From an uncultured Armatimonadetes bacterium (lineage in GTDB: Bacteria > Armatimonadota > UBA5829 > DTJY01), in contig OY970325.1 of the NCBI GenBank assembly GCA_963717145.1, positions 1,536,001-1,600,000 on the forward strand: a stretch of 64,000 bases of DNA, read 5' to 3'. Of the stretch, positions 50,077 to 62,516 are shown piece after piece (position 1 is the stretch's first letter; each line of letters opens with the position of its first letter). The position numbers were made by a program, and so were the translations under genes. The notes beneath the pieces were generated by a model. That model did no database searches, was not told the DNA's origin, and was given only the letters and a program-made list of their open reading frames with translations.

Positions 50077-51408
50077 TTATCCCTTACCCCGCTCGCCCTC
50101 CGCCTTGCGCGCGAAGATGCGAATGGGTGTGCCCTCGTACGGATGGGTCCTGCGGATCTGATTCTCCAGATACCGCTTGTAGGAAAAGTGCATCATCTCC
50201 GGGTCATTCACGAACAGGATGATCGTCGGCGGCTTGACGGCCGGCATCGTGACATAGTAGACCTTGAACTGCCGGCCCTTGTGCGTGAGCGGGTGAGAGT
50301 CCACCGCATCGTGGATCATCCGGTTGATCGTGCCGGTCGACAGACGCATCGCATGGCTCTGTGACGCCAGGATCGCCGAGTCGACCGCCTCCCGGACTCC
50401 CGTGCCCTCCTTGGCGGATGCAAACACGATCGGGGCATACGGCATGAATACCATCTCGTCCCGGAGCTTGGCGGCAAAATCCTTCATGCTCGCGCCCTGC
50501 TCTTTCGCGAGGTCCCACTTGTTCACGACGATCACCGCCGCCTTGCCCGCCTCGTGCGCATAGCCCCCTACCCGCTTGTCGCCGTCGGTGATACCCTCGT
50601 CCGCGTCGATCAGGAGCAAAACGACATCCGTGCGCTCGATTGCACGCACTGCGCGTAAGACGGAATAGTATTCGATGGACCTCTGAATCTTTCCTGCGCG
50701 TCTGATTCCCGCGGTGTCGATCAGCACGATGGGCTGGCCCTCGTGCTCGAAAAGCGTATCAACGACATCGCGCGTCGTACCCGGGATCTCGCTCACGATC
50801 GAGCGCTCCTCTTGGAGGATGGCGTTGAGCATCGAGGACTTGCCGACGTTCGGGCGGCCGATGATCGCGATTCGAATCGCCTCCTCAGGCAGGGCCTCCT
50901 GCTCCACGACGGGAGGCAGATTCTCGACCACCTTATCGAGGAGATCGGCGACACCATGGCCCTGAATGGACGAGATCGGGAACACCTCGCCCAGGCCGAG
51001 CGAGTAGAACTCCGCCGCATCGCGTTCCTGCTTGTCGTTGTCAGCCTTATTCGCAGCCAGTAGGACCGGCTTCTTCGAACGCCTGAGGATAGCGGCCACC
51101 TCCATGTCTGCGGCGGTCATACCCTCACGGACATCGACAACGAGGACGATGACATCGGCTTCCTCCATCGCGATGTCGGCCTGCTTCCGAACCTGGGAGA
51201 TGAGCGGATCCTCGTCGCCGAGGACCATGCCGCCGGTGTCGATGAGCACGAATTCGCGCCCGATCCAATCGGCCTCAGCATACAGGCGATCGCGTGTGAT
51301 GCCGGGCGTGTCCTCGACGATCGCGATCCTCTTGCCAACCAGACGGTTGAAAAGTGTTGACTTGCCGACGTTCGGTCGGCCGACGATAGCCACTACGGAA
51401 TCAGGCAT
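50077..51408 (-). CDS. der: Ribosome biogenesis GTPase Der/EngA
   Basis: Two GRPNVGKS P-loops, DTGG/DTAG, KH-like C-terminus. Confidence 0.98.
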   Translation of the reverse strand: MPDSVVAIVGRPNVGKSTLFNRLVGKRIAIVEDTPGITRDRLYAEADWIGREFVLIDTGGMVLGDEDPLISQVRKQADIAMEEADVIVLVVDVREGMTAADMEVAAILRRSKKPVLLAANKADNDKQERDAAEFYSLGLGEVFPISSIQGHGVADLLDKVVENLPPVVEQEALPEEAIRIAIIGRPNVGKSSMLNAILQEERSIVSEIPGTTRDVVDTLFEHEGQPIVLIDTAGIRRAGKIQRSIEYYSVLRAVRAIERTDVVLLLIDADEGITDGDKRVGGYAHEAGKAAVIVVNKWDLAKEQGASMKDFAAKLRDEMVFMPYAPIVFASAKEGTGVREAVDSAILASQSHAMRLSTGTINRMIHDAVDSHPLTHKGRQFKVYYVTMPAVKPPTIILFVNDPEMMHFSYKRYLENQIRRTHPYEGTPIRIFARKAEGERGKG

Positions 51409-51418
51409 TTGTCATCCC

Positions 51419-52810
51419 TCATGTATGATCTCCGTAGGGGCGATCCTTCAACGGTCGCCCGTCAACGCCGCGGCGGGCGACCGTTGAAGGATCGCCCCTA
51501 CGGAGATCATCCCTTGTCAGTTGGTCCCAGACCGCGATCGGAGAAGGTTCGACTGCGGTAACATTGGCGTTGACGGCGTTCCTGACATCATCGAGCGTCA
51601 CGTCGTCGAGAAAGCGGCCCTCGTTCAGTGCCACCGAGGGGATCAGTACGTGTTCATCCGGCCGAACGTCGGACAGCGCACTGATGACATCCTTCCCGGC
51701 CATCAGCCCCGCGACGGTCACCGTTTCGCCGAGGAAGTCGTTCACTACCTCACAGACCCGCGCACTCACACCGGGATGCCCGCTGAGCCACTTCGCCAAC
51801 TGCTCGACCATCGGTCGGGCAAGTGAGCCGGTGACCAGGACGTACTTACCCGGATCAGGCGCGCGGCCATTCTTCCTGCGGCGGATACGGGCCAGCTCAT
51901 CGACGAAGATCCTCGACACGCCGATGCCGTCTTCGAGTTGCGGGAAGCCCTCATATGCGGCCTTTGACGGGAATCTCCGGCCGGCACGAATGTACAACTC
52001 ATCTGATGGGAAGACCAGCCGCCTCCCAAAGCGTTCCATGAACTCCTTCTGCTTGCGCCGGCACAGATCGATCACCTCGCGGGCAGGCTGCTCACCCACC
52101 GGTTCGAGCGGATAGAGGCTCTCCCGATGCTTCGTCAAGCCAACCGGCACGACGGCGATCGACTCCGTGGCGGGATACAATGATGCGAGATCATCAATTG
52201 TGCGCTCGAGATGCTCTCCATCGTTCACGCCGGGGCAGAGCACGATCTGCGTATGAAACGTGATTCGCGAATCCGCCAGCCGCCTGAGATGCTCCATGAT
52301 GCGCCCGGCCCCCGGATTCCCGAGCATCTTCGCCCGAAGATCGGGCTCGGTCGCATGCACTGAGGTATAGAGCGGCGTCATCTTCTGCGAGCAGATACGG
52401 TCCATCTCCTCGCCCGTCAGATTAGTGAGCGTTATATAGTTGCCCTGGGTGAACGAGAGGCGATAGTCGTCATCCCGGACGTAAAGTGTCGGTCTGAGGC
52501 CCTTCGGCATCTGATGGAGAAAGCAGAAGATGCACGAGTTGACACACTTGTGAACGCCATCGAATAACTCCTCCTCGAACTCGATGCCGAGGTCATCGTA
52601 GGTGTCTTTCTCGATCAGCGATGTGAAAGATCGCCCACCTCGCACGTACTCGATGGCAACCTTCTCATCCGCCGACTCGAAGCGGCACTCCAGGATGTCC
52701 CGGATCGGCTTGCCGTTGATGGAGACGATCGAGTCTCCAGGCACGAGACCCGCATCGTCCGCGGGACCGCCCTCTGCGATATGTCTGATTGTGGAGTTGA
52801 GCTTAGGCAT
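51419..52810 (-). CDS. DUF512 Fe-S oxidoreductase with N-terminal PDZ domain
   Basis: CVNSCIFCF, DDDYRLSF, VPVGLT, QLEDGIG, VTVAGL; ORF end runs through a REP doublet. Confidence 0.88.
   Translation of the reverse strand: MPKLNSTIRHIAEGGPADDAGLVPGDSIVSINGKPIRDILECRFESADEKVAIEYVRGGRSFTSLIEKDTYDDLGIEFEEELFDGVHKCVNSCIFCFLHQMPKGLRPTLYVRDDDYRLSFTQGNYITLTNLTGEEMDRICSQKMTPLYTSVHATEPDLRAKMLGNPGAGRIMEHLRRLADSRITFHTQIVLCPGVNDGEHLERTIDDLASLYPATESIAVVPVGLTKHRESLYPLEPVGEQPAREVIDLCRRKQKEFMERFGRRLVFPSDELYIRAGRRFPSKAAYEGFPQLEDGIGVSRIFVDELARIRRRKNGRAPDPGKYVLVTGSLARPMVEQLAKWLSGHPGVSARVCEVVNDFLGETVTVAGLMAGKDVISALSDVRPDEHVLIPSVALNEGRFLDDVTLDDVRNAVNANVTAVEPSPIAVWDQLTRDDLRRGDPSTVARRGVDGRPLKDRPYGDHT
51425..51510. 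repeat. REP doublet (37-bp inverted repeat)
   Basis: ATGATCTCCGTAGGGGCGATCCTTCAACGGTCGCCCG and its reverse complement. Confidence 0.88.
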
Positions 52811-52833
52811 TGGATACTTCTGCGCCCCTCCTC

Positions 52834-53673
52834 TCACACCGGGATCTTGAGGCGCTCGGCGACTTCCTCTACGATCCAGTCCGGGGTCGAGGCGCCGGCG
52901 GTCAGGCCGACTCTCTCAGCTCCTTCGAACCACGAGTCGTCTATCTCATCAGCGGTCTCGACGTAGTGAGTCGGGACTCCGGTCGCCGCACACAGTTCGG
53001 CCAAACGCCGGGTATTCGCGCTGTTTCGCCCACCGACCACAATCACGACATCGACGTCCTGCGCCATCTCGACCGCCGCTGTCTGACGCTCGGAGGTCGC
53101 ATGACAGATCGTGTTGAACGCCCGGACCTCGTCGGCCAGACGGGCGACCTCGCGGACGAGTTCCGTATAGGCGTCCAGAGTCTGCGTCGTTTGCGCGACC
53201 ACCGCGACCCTCTGCCCCAGCTTGTGGGATTGAAGGTCATCTGCGCCCGAGACCACGAGTGCGTCGTCCCCTGACCTGCTCAGGATGCCTCGCACTTCAG
53301 TGTGGCCTGCGTCGCCTAGAATCACAACCTGGTAGCCCTGGTCGTGCAGATCGCCTGCCAGATTCTGAACCTTTGATACGAACGGACACGTCACGTCGAG
53401 CATTTCGATGCCCATCTCAGTCGCGTGGTCCAGGATCGGTTTCGGTACGCCATGCGAGGGCATGACTATGATGCCGCCGGTGGGTGTGTCCTCAATACTC
53501 TCGACCGCCTGCACCCCGTTCTGCGCAAGGCGTTCCACGACCTGCGGGTTGTGGATCAGCGGCCCGAGGGTGTACATCCGCTTCCCCTCGGTTCGCGCCG
53601 CTTCCATGACCGCGTCGAGCGCCCTTCGGACGCCATAGCAGAACCCGGCTGACTTGGCAGTGATGATTTGCAT
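52834..53673 (-). CDS. ispH: 4-hydroxy-3-methylbut-2-enyl diphosphate reductase
   Basis: AGFCYGV, LIHN, SHG, TCPFV, QTT, TICHAT, SANT, TAGASTP. Confidence 0.96.
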   Translation of the reverse strand: MQIITAKSAGFCYGVRRALDAVMEAARTEGKRMYTLGPLIHNPQVVERLAQNGVQAVESIEDTPTGGIIVMPSHGVPKPILDHATEMGIEMLDVTCPFVSKVQNLAGDLHDQGYQVVILGDAGHTEVRGILSRSGDDALVVSGADDLQSHKLGQRVAVVAQTTQTLDAYTELVREVARLADEVRAFNTICHATSERQTAAVEMAQDVDVVIVVGGRNSANTRRLAELCAATGVPTHYVETADEIDDSWFEGAERVGLTAGASTPDWIVEEVAERLKIPV

Positions 53674-53684
53674 GGACTTCGGAG

Positions 53685-53754
53685 TTCCGCAGGGGCGATC
53701 CTTCAACGGTCGCCCAGTCCCAGGGGCGACCGTTGAAGGATCGCCCCTACGGAA
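53685..53754. repeat. REP doublet
   Basis: GcAGGGGCGATCCTTCAACGGTCGCCC ... GGGCGACCGTTGAAGGATCGCCCCTAC. Confidence 0.85.
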
Positions 53755-53833
53755 TGTGGTTTCCCAAAGCGACAAGTGCCGGCCCCGCGTTCACGAGACC
53801 GGCACCAGTAGTTCACTAAGTGAGCGCGTGGAT

Positions 53834-55417
53834 TCACGCTTGCCGACTACGCATCAATTTTAACAGACCATACTCCATGCTGTCAACCAGAGCGTTCCAA
53901 CTCGCCTCGATGATGTTCGTCGAGACGCCGACGGTGTTCCAGGTCGTCGTGCCGTCCGTGGACTCGACGATCGCGCGCACACCGGCAGCGGTTCCATCGG
54001 TCGCGTTGAGCACGCGGACCTTGAAGTCGGTGAGCTTGATGTGCGCCAACTCCTCGGGATAGAACTGCTGCAGGGCTTTGCGAAGCGCACTATCCAGCGC
54101 ATGGACCGGACCATCGCCTTCCGCAACCGTAAGCAGTTCCTGGCCGTCCGCAATGACTCTCAATGTCGCCTCCGTGATCGGCTCCGGGTCGCTGCCTCGC
54201 TGCTCGACGATCACTCGGAAGCTCTTCAGATCGAACAGCTTCTGATACGATCCGACCGCCTTCTCTATCAGCAACTCGAACGACGCCTCAGCACCCTCGA
54301 AGGAGTAGCCCTTGCTCTCGAGATCCGTCACGCGGGCGAGCACTTCGCGCGTCTCCGGCGACTGCTTCGTGAGGTCGATGCCATACTTCTCGGCCTTGTG
54401 GGCGATGCTGCTCGCGCCTGCCAACTCGGAAATGAGAATCCTGCGCTCGTTGCCTACCAGCTCGGGACACATATGCTCGTAGGTCTCCGCGTTCTTCATC
54501 ATCGCATCCACGTGGACACCGGCCTTGTGTGCGAATGCGCTTCGCCCAACGAATGGCTGGCGGTCGTTCGGGACGATATTCGCGATCTCATCGACATAGT
54601 GAGAGAGCGCCGTCAGGTCCCGCAGCGACTCATTGGGTATACAATCGAAACACAGTTTGATCTGCAGGTTTGGAATGATCGAGATCAGGTTCGCATTGCC
54701 GCACCGCTCGCCGTAGCCGTTGATCGTCCCCTGTACGTGGAGCGCGCCATGTCGGACGGCGATGATGCTGTTCGCCACCGCCAGGTCTGAGTCATTGTGC
54801 GCGTGCATGCCGACACACACATCGATGGCATCCTTGACAGCATTCAGCACTTCAACCAACTCCGACGGAAGAGCGCCGCCATTGGTCTCGCAGAGGACGA
54901 CACAGTCCGCCCCCGCCGATGCCGCTGCCTTGAGCGTCTTCAGAGCGTACTCGGGATTCGCCTTGTACCCGTCGAAGAAGTGCTCTGCGTCGTAGATGAC
55001 CTCCCTGCCCTCGTTCTTCAGGAACTGGACCGAGTCGTAGATCATCTCGATGTTTCGCTCGAGTTCGACCCGCAGGGCCTCGGTCACGTGGAGGTCCCAG
55101 GACTTGCCGAAGATCGTGACTACCGGGGTCTCCGCCTCGATCAGCTTGAGAAGGTTGTGATCCTCTTCCGCGCGGACGTGCGCGCGTCGGGTGCTCCCGA
55201 ATGCGGCCAACTTCGCGTGAGAGAGAGGGATGTTCTTCATCCGCTCGAAGAACTCCTCATGTTTCGGATTCGAGCCGGGCCATCCGCCCTCGATGTAGTC
55301 GAATCCGGCTTCGTCGAGCCGATTCGCGATCTTGATCATATCGGCGACGGTGAATGAAACTCCCTCGCCCTGCGACCCATCGCGCAACGTCGTATCGTAG
55401 ATGTATATCTTCGGCAT
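53834..55417 (-). CDS. cimA: Citramalate synthase
   Basis: YDTTLRDGSQGEG, YIEGGWPGSNPK, GKSWDLHV, YDAEHFFDG, FEGAEASFEL. Confidence 0.93.
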   Translation of the reverse strand: MPKIYIYDTTLRDGSQGEGVSFTVADMIKIANRLDEAGFDYIEGGWPGSNPKHEEFFERMKNIPLSHAKLAAFGSTRRAHVRAEEDHNLLKLIEAETPVVTIFGKSWDLHVTEALRVELERNIEMIYDSVQFLKNEGREVIYDAEHFFDGYKANPEYALKTLKAAASAGADCVVLCETNGGALPSELVEVLNAVKDAIDVCVGMHAHNDSDLAVANSIIAVRHGALHVQGTINGYGERCGNANLISIIPNLQIKLCFDCIPNESLRDLTALSHYVDEIANIVPNDRQPFVGRSAFAHKAGVHVDAMMKNAETYEHMCPELVGNERRILISELAGASSIAHKAEKYGIDLTKQSPETREVLARVTDLESKGYSFEGAEASFELLIEKAVGSYQKLFDLKSFRVIVEQRGSDPEPITEATLRVIADGQELLTVAEGDGPVHALDSALRKALQQFYPEELAHIKLTDFKVRVLNATDGTAAGVRAIVESTDGTTTWNTVGVSTNIIEASWNALVDSMEYGLLKLMRSRQA

Positions 55418-55446
55418 TGTCACCTCGATCCTCACTGATGGTGAGG

Positions 55447-55962
55447 CTACGTGCACTTCGGGCCCGCGCCCGACTGAACCTTCGCGCGGGCATAGGCGAT
55501 CAGGCCGCCGGACGCGATCAGGTTCTGCATGAACTCCGGGAACGGCTGCGCCTGGAACGTCTGGCCAGTCGTCAGGTCCTTAATCGCGCCAGTGGCGGTG
55601 TCCACCTCGACTTCATCGCCCGCGCTGATGGCATCCGCCGCCTCTGGGCACTCCAGGATCGGCAGTCCGATGTTGATTGCGTTTCGATAGAAGATTCGCG
55701 CGAACGTCCGCGCGATCACGCACGACACGCCGGCTGTCTTGATCGCGAGCGGTGCGTGCTCACGCGACGATCCGCAGCCGAAGTTGTCGGCGGCTACGAT
55801 CATATCGCCCGGCTTGACCTTCTTGACGAAATCGGCGTCGATGTCCTCCATGCAGTGCGCAGCCAGCTCGTCCGGGTCGGATGTGTTCAGATACCTCGCC
55901 GGGATGATGACATCGGTGTCCACGTTGTCGCCGTATTTGAATGCGTTGCCCTTGAGTATCAC
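55447..55962 (-). CDS. leuD: 3-isopropylmalate dehydratase small subunit
   Basis: [36 protein letters not shown] aggagg. Confidence 0.95.
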   Translation of the reverse strand: MILKGNAFKYGDNVDTDVIIPARYLNTSDPDELAAHCMEDIDADFVKKVKPGDMIVAADNFGCGSSREHAPLAIKTAGVSCVIARTFARIFYRNAINIGLPILECPEAADAISAGDEVEVDTATGAIKDLTTGQTFQAQPFPEFMQNLIASGGLIAYARAKVQSGAGPKCT

Positions 55963-55986
55963 GGTTGAAATCCTCCTGCTCACTGT

Positions 55987-56106
55987 GCCGTAGGGGAGGC
56001 CTTCAACGGCCTCCCGTCGGGCGGGCGTTGAAGCGCCGCCCATACGGCAACTGGCCGGCACAGAGGCGCGGCCACTACGTCCAGGCGGCACAAGGCACGC
56101 CCCTAC
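55987..56106. repeat. Cluster of four divergent GTAG-type REP palindromes
   Basis: GTAGGGGAGGCCTTCAACGGCCTCCC plus three reverse-strand variants; the last overlaps the leuC stop. Confidence 0.75.
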
Positions 56107-57370
56107 ATGCCCAACTCGTCCGGGCCGCCGATGCGCCCGAGAACCGCCGATGCCGCCGCGACCGGCGGGCCCGACAGGTAGACCTCGGACTTCGGATGCC
56201 CCATCCGGCCAACGAAGTTCCGGTTCGTCGTCGCGATCGAGCGCTCACCCTCCGCGAGACAGCCCATGTGCCCACCGAGACATGGCCCGCATGTCGGCGT
56301 ACTCACCGCGCCGCCGGCCTCGACGAAGATGTCGAACAGTCCCTCGTGCATCGCCTGAGTCCAGATCTCCTGCGTCGCCGGGAGGATGATCAGCCGGACG
56401 TCAGGGTGGACCTTGCGTCCCTTCAGCACCTGAGCGGCAACTCGCAGGTCCTCGATGCGTCCGTTCGTGCACGAGCCGATGACCGACTGGTCGATCTGCA
56501 CGTTCCCGACTTCGCTGATCGGCTTCGCGTTCTCCGGCAGATGCGGGAACGACACCTGCGGCTCGAGCTTCGAACAATCTATCTCTACGATCTCCTTGTA
56601 CTTCGCGTCGGAATCGCTGGCGTAGACACTTGAACTCACGCTTGGCACGCTTCCTGACATACTCCAGCGTGATCTCGTCCGGCGGAATGATGCCGTTCTT
56701 CCCGCCGGCCTCGATTGCCATGTTGCACATGGTGAAACGATCCGCCATCGGGAGGTCATCGATCGCCTCGCCCGTGAACTCCATCGAGCAATAGAGCGCG
56801 CCGTCGACGCCGATCTTCCCGATCGTGTGGAGGATCAGATCCTTGCCGCCGACCCACTTATCGAGCTTGCCGTGGTAGACGAACTTGATCTGCTCCGGCA
56901 CCTTGAACCAGCACTCGCCGAGCGCCATCGCCGATGCGACATCGGTGCTTCCGACGCCGGTCGAGAACGCGCCGATCGCGCCATACGTGCAGGTGTGCGA
57001 GTCGCCGCCGATGATCGCATCGCCCGGGAGGACGAGTCCCGTCGTCCGGGAGCAGCGTGTGCTCGATGCCGACGCGGCCGATCTCCCAGAAGTGGGTGAC
57101 TCCGTACTTTCGAGCGAACTCGCGCATCGTCTTCACCTGCTGAGCGGACTTGATGTCCTTGGCAGGTGTGTAATGGTCCGGCACGAGCGCGATCTTCTCC
57201 TTGTCGAAGACGCAATCGACGCCGATCTGCGCGAACTCGCGGATGGCGATCGGCGCGGTGATGTCGTTCGACAGCACAAGGTCGAGCTTGGCGGTGATCA
57301 GCTCGCCCGGCTCGACGGCGCTCCTGTTACAGTGTGACGCGAGTATCTTCTCCGTTATTGTCTGGCCCAT
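56103..57370 (-). CDS. leuC: 3-isopropylmalate dehydratase large subunit; frameshifts near 57040 and 56630
   Basis: [51 protein letters not shown] spread over three frames. Confidence 0.92.
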
Positions 57371-58901
57371 GGTCCGTGTCTTTCCTCTTCGAATGATAGT
57401 AAACCAGCTTGTTGATCGCCTGGATGTATGCCTTCGCCGATGCCTCCACGATATCGAGGCTCGCGCCGCGACCCGTATAGACGTTACGATCGTCGCCGAG
57501 CTTCACCGTGACCTCACCGAGAGCGTCGGTGCCGCCCGTGACCGCCTTGACGATGTAGTCGATGAGCGTGTGCGGAACCTGCACGATCTGGTCGATGCAC
57601 TGGTACACGGCATCGACCGATCCGACGCCGGTGGCGCAGCCGGTCAACTCGCCGCCCGCCGTCGATACCTTGATCGTGGCGGTCGGAATGCCCTCCAGGC
57701 TGGTCATCACCGTCATGTAGGCGAGTTGGTAGGCCTCGGGGATCGTGTAGACCTCATCCGCAACGATCGCCTCCAGGTCTTCGTCGAAGATCTCCTTCTT
57801 CTTGTCGGCGACCTCCTTGAACCTGGCGAACGCCTTCTCCAGCTCTTCCTTGCTCAGCTCGTATCCCAGCTCGACCAGGCGCTTATCGAAGGCGTGCCGG
57901 CCGGAGTGCTTCCCCAGGACCAGCTTGCTCTCGGTCAGCCCGATCGAAGTGGCGTCCATGATCTCATAGGTCGTCCGCTCCTGGATTACCCCGTGTTGAT
58001 GGATTCCGGCTTCGTGTGCGAACGCATTGCTGCCCACGACAGCTTTGTTCGCCTGAACCTGCAGGCCGGTGACATCGCTGACCAGACGGCTCGCGCGGTA
58101 GATCTCCTTCGTGTTGATCCCCGTGGTGATGTCCTTGAACACGTCCGCTCGTGTGTTCAGCGCCATCACCAGCTCTTCGAGGGCCGCGTTTCCCGCTCGC
58201 TCGCCAATGCCGTTGATGGTACATTCCACCTGATCGGCGCCTGCCAGGATCGCCGCCAGTGAGCCCGCCACCGCCAGGCCCAAGTCGTTGTGAAAGTGAA
58301 CGCTGAGTACAGCTTTGTCTATGTTTGGTACACGTTCCTTCAACACCCGAATGATCTCCGCGAACTCGTGCGGAATCGCGTAGCCGACCGTATCCGGGAT
58401 GTTGACCGTCGTCGCGCCTGCCTCGATGACCGCTTGAACGACCTGGCACAGGTAGTCCATGTCCGACCTGGATGAATCCTCCGCCGAGAACTCGACATCG
58501 TCGAGGTAGGACTTGGCGCGTTTGACCGAAGCGACCGCCAGATCGAGTACTTCCGCCCTGGACTTCCGCAGCTTGTGCTCGAGGTGGATGTCGGAGGTCG
58601 CGATGAACGTGTGGATTCGCGGCTTCTTCGAGTACTGCAGAGCCTCCCAGGCCCGGTCGATATCCGCGTTCGTCGCGCGGCAAAGGCCGGCTATCACCGG
58701 ACCCTTGATCTGCTGTGCGATCGTCTTGACGGACTCGAAGTCGCCGGGCGACGAGATCGGAAACCCCGCCTCGATGACATCGACATTCAGGCGGACGAGC
58801 TGTCGGGCAACCTCCAGCTTCTCTTTGATGTTCATGCTCGCCCCGGGCGACTGCTCACCGTCGCGCAGGGTCGTGTCGAAGATCCTGATACGCCTTGCCA
58901 C
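57327..58901 (-). CDS. leuA: 2-isopropylmalate synthase
   Basis: [45 protein letters not shown]; start 58901 or 58910; 3' end overlaps leuC and is uncertain. Confidence 0.95.
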   Translation of the reverse strand: MARRIRIFDTTLRDGEQSPGASMNIKEKLEVARQLVRLNVDVIEAGFPISSPGDFESVKTIAQQIKGPVIAGLCRATNADIDRAWEALQYSKKPRIHTFIATSDIHLEHKLRKSRAEVLDLAVASVKRAKSYLDDVEFSAEDSSRSDMDYLCQVVQAVIEAGATTVNIPDTVGYAIPHEFAEIIRVLKERVPNIDKAVLSVHFHNDLGLAVAGSLAAILAGADQVECTINGIGERAGNAALEELVMALNTRADVFKDITTGINTKEIYRASRLVSDVTGLQVQANKAVVGSNAFAHEAGIHQHGVIQERTTYEIMDATSIGLTESKLVLGKHSGRHAFDKRLVELGYELSKEELEKAFARFKEVADKKKEIFDEDLEAIVADEVYTIPEAYQLAYMTVMTSLEGIPTATIKVSTAGGELTGCATGVGSVDAVYQCIDQIVQVPHTLIDYIVKAVTGGTDALGEVTVKLGDDRNVYTGRGASLDIVEASAKAYIQAINKLVYYHSKRKDTDHGPDNNGEDTRVTL

Positions 58902-58936
58902 TTTGGACATCCCCCTTTCGTGTTTATTCTTACTCA

Positions 58937-59030
58937 TACTCACCCTCACTCCGTAGGGGCGATCCTTCAACGGTCGCCCTACACTCGGGGCGACCGTTGA
59001 AGGATCGCCCCTACGGAGTGAGGGTGAGTA
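58937..59030. repeat. REP doublet within a perfect 43-bp inverted repeat
   Basis: Arms 58937-58979 and 58988-59030, 8-nt loop. Confidence 0.9.
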
Positions 59031-59055
59031 GAAATGGTGCTAGAAACCCCAACCC

Positions 59056-60050
<995 letters not shown>

Positions 60051-60076
60051 TTCATATCCTCCTGTCTTGTCATTCA

Positions 60077-60187
60077 GAACACAGATGACACAGATGGGAA
60101 AGGATGAGTTCGGATGGAGAAGGTCAAAGCGTGAAGCATTGCCATTCCATCAGTGCCATCCTCTGCCATCTGTCTGATCTGTGTTCT
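60077..60187. repeat. Long imperfect palindrome built from ~9-nt repeats
   Basis: AGAACACAGATGACACAGATGG ... CCATCTGTCTGATCTGTGTTCT. Confidence 0.65.
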
Positions 60188-60196
60188 AAGCCTTGC

Positions 60197-60686
60197 TTAC
60201 GGTGTTCGTGCTCCGCGCATCATGGCGATGCGGCCGGTGCGGACCAGCTCGCTGGATCCCGTGCGCCATGAGCAGTTTCTCCATCGCGTCCACCTTGTCG
60301 ACGCTGCCGGTGACCTCGATCGTGAACGTCTTGTCGCTGATGTCGATGATCTTCGCGCGGAAGATATCCACGATCTGCATGATCTCGCCGCGCGTTGATG
60401 GCATCGGCGTTCACCTTGATCATCGCCAGTTCGCGCTCGACGATTGGCGATATCCTTGTAGTCGATCACCTTGATCACGTCGATCAGCTTGTTGAGCTGC
60501 TTCGTTGATCTGCTCCAGCACCGAGTCATCGCCGCCGACTACGATCGTCATGCGCGAGACCGTCGGGTCGTCGGTGATGCTGACCGCGAGCGACTCGATG
60601 TTGAACCCCCGGCGGGCGAACAGGCCGGAGACTCTTGCCAGCACGCCGGGCTTGTTCTCGACCAACACGGTTATCGTATGCTGCAT
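60197..60686 (-). CDS. ilvN: Acetolactate synthase small subunit; several frameshifts
   Basis: [42 protein letters not shown]...KVDA, ELVRTG across frames. Confidence 0.9.
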
Positions 60687-60703
60687 GAATACCTCCTGTT
60701 CAC

Positions 60704-62391
60704 CTACTCCGGTTGCTTCACCATCATCTCTTCGATGCTCTGTCCGGCGGGGATCATCGGGAACACGTTCTCCTCCGGGCACGACGCGGAAGTCCATGAT
60801 CACCGGCCGGTCGGTGATCTCGAGCGCCTTCTCGGATCGCCTCCTCGACGTCTTCCTTCTTGTCGATCCGCATTCCGACGGCGCCGTAGGCCTCGGCCAG
60901 CTTCACGAAATCCGGCTGAGCCGACATGTCCACACCGGAGTACCGCTTGTTCCAGAACAGCTCCTGCCACTGTCGCACCATGCCCAGGATAGCCGGTTGT
61001 TCAGGATCGCGACCTTGACCGGCATCTTGTTCGCGACGGCGGTCATCAGCTCCTGGATGTTCATCTGGAAGCTGCCGTCGCCCGCGATGACGAAGACCGT
61101 CTTGTCCGGGCAGCCGACCTGCGCGCCGATGGCCGCCGGGAAGTCCGTAGCCCATCGTCCCGAGTCCGCCGGACGACAGGAACTGCCGCGGGTACTTGCA
61201 CTTGTAGAACAGGGCGGACCACATCTGGTGCTGGCCGACGTCGGTGACGACGATCGCCTCGCCCTTGGTGGCCTCCCAGATCTTCTCGATCACGTACTGC
61301 GGATAGAGGCCATCCTCACCGTAGTGGAGCGGATACTCCTTCTTCCACTGCATGATCTGCTTGTTCCAGTCCGTCTCCTCGCGCGGCTCGACCTGCTTGA
61401 GCAGCTCGTGCAGGACCAGCTTGCAGTCGCCGACGATCGGGATGTCCACGTGGACGGTCTTGCCGATCTCGGCCGGGTCGATGTCGATGTGAATGACCTT
61501 CGCCTTCTGCGCGAACGCGTCGAGCTTGCCGGTGACGCGGTCATCGAACCGCGCGCCGACCGCGATCAGCAGATCGCAGTGAGCCACCGCATAGTTGGCG
61601 TAGGCCGTGCCGTGCATCCCGAGCATCCCGAGCGAATGCGGATGCGTCTCCGGTATCGCGCCCTTGCCCAGCAGCGTCGTCGCCACCAGGATGTGCGTCT
61701 TCTCCGAAAGCTCGAGAAGCTCCGGCGCGGCACCCGACGTGATGACTCCTCCGCCGGCGTAGAGCACCGGTCGCTCGGCGGCTGCAATCGCCTTCGCGGC
61801 CTTGTCGATCTGTCATCGGATGGCCGACGGTCGTAGGCTTGTACGATGGGATATCAGGCGTTTGTTACCGGCTTGTAGTCGAGCATACCGGTCGAGACAT
61901 CCATCGGGAATATCGATCAGCACCGGCCCGGGCCTGCCGGTCCTCGCGATGTGGAACGCCTCCGCCACGACGCGCGGAATGTCGTGCGCGTTCTTCACCA
62001 GATAGTTGTGCTTGGTGATCGGCATCGTGATGCCGGTGATGTCCGCTTCCTGGAACGCAGTCCTTGCCGAGCGCGGTCGTCCTGACCTGGCCGGTGATCG
62101 CGACCATCGGAATCGAGTCCATGTAGGCGGTCGCGAGTGCCGGTGACCAGGTTGGTCGCGCCCGGTCCGGACGTGGCGAGGCATACGCCCACCTTGCCCG
62201 GTCGCGCGCGCGTAGCCGTCCGCCGCGTGAGCCGCGCCCTGCTCGTGGCGCACCAGTATGTGCACAGAGCCCGTTGCAGTCATACAGGCAGTCGTAGATC
62301 GGGAGCATGACTCCGCCGGGATCCCGAATACCATCTCCACTCCCTCGTGCTTCAGCGATTCTATCAGCGCCTGTGCTCCGGTTATTTTCAA
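60704..62391 (-). CDS. ilvB: Acetolactate synthase large subunit; multiple frameshifts
   Basis: [60 protein letters not shown]. Confidence 0.92.
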
Positions 62392-62406
62392 GCTCTTCCT
62401 CCACCA

Positions 62407-62500
62407 CAGTTCGGGATGGAGTTGTACTCCATCCCGCATGACTGAATGCGGAGTTCAACTCCGCTGGTAGTTCCGGGTGCAGGAGTGCAACTCCTGCACC
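62407..62500. repeat. Three related GGAGT...ACTCC hairpins between ilvD and ilvB
   Basis: GGGATGGAGTTGTACTCCATCCC; GCGGAGTTCAACTCCGC; GGTGCAGGAGTGCAACTCCTGCACC. Confidence 0.65.
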
Positions 62501-62516
62501 AACCGCCCTCTGGGGG

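Noticed and set aside
62392-62516. T-box or leader-peptide attenuator before ilvB
   Set aside because: No T-box consensus or Leu/Ile/Val-rich leader; only short hairpins
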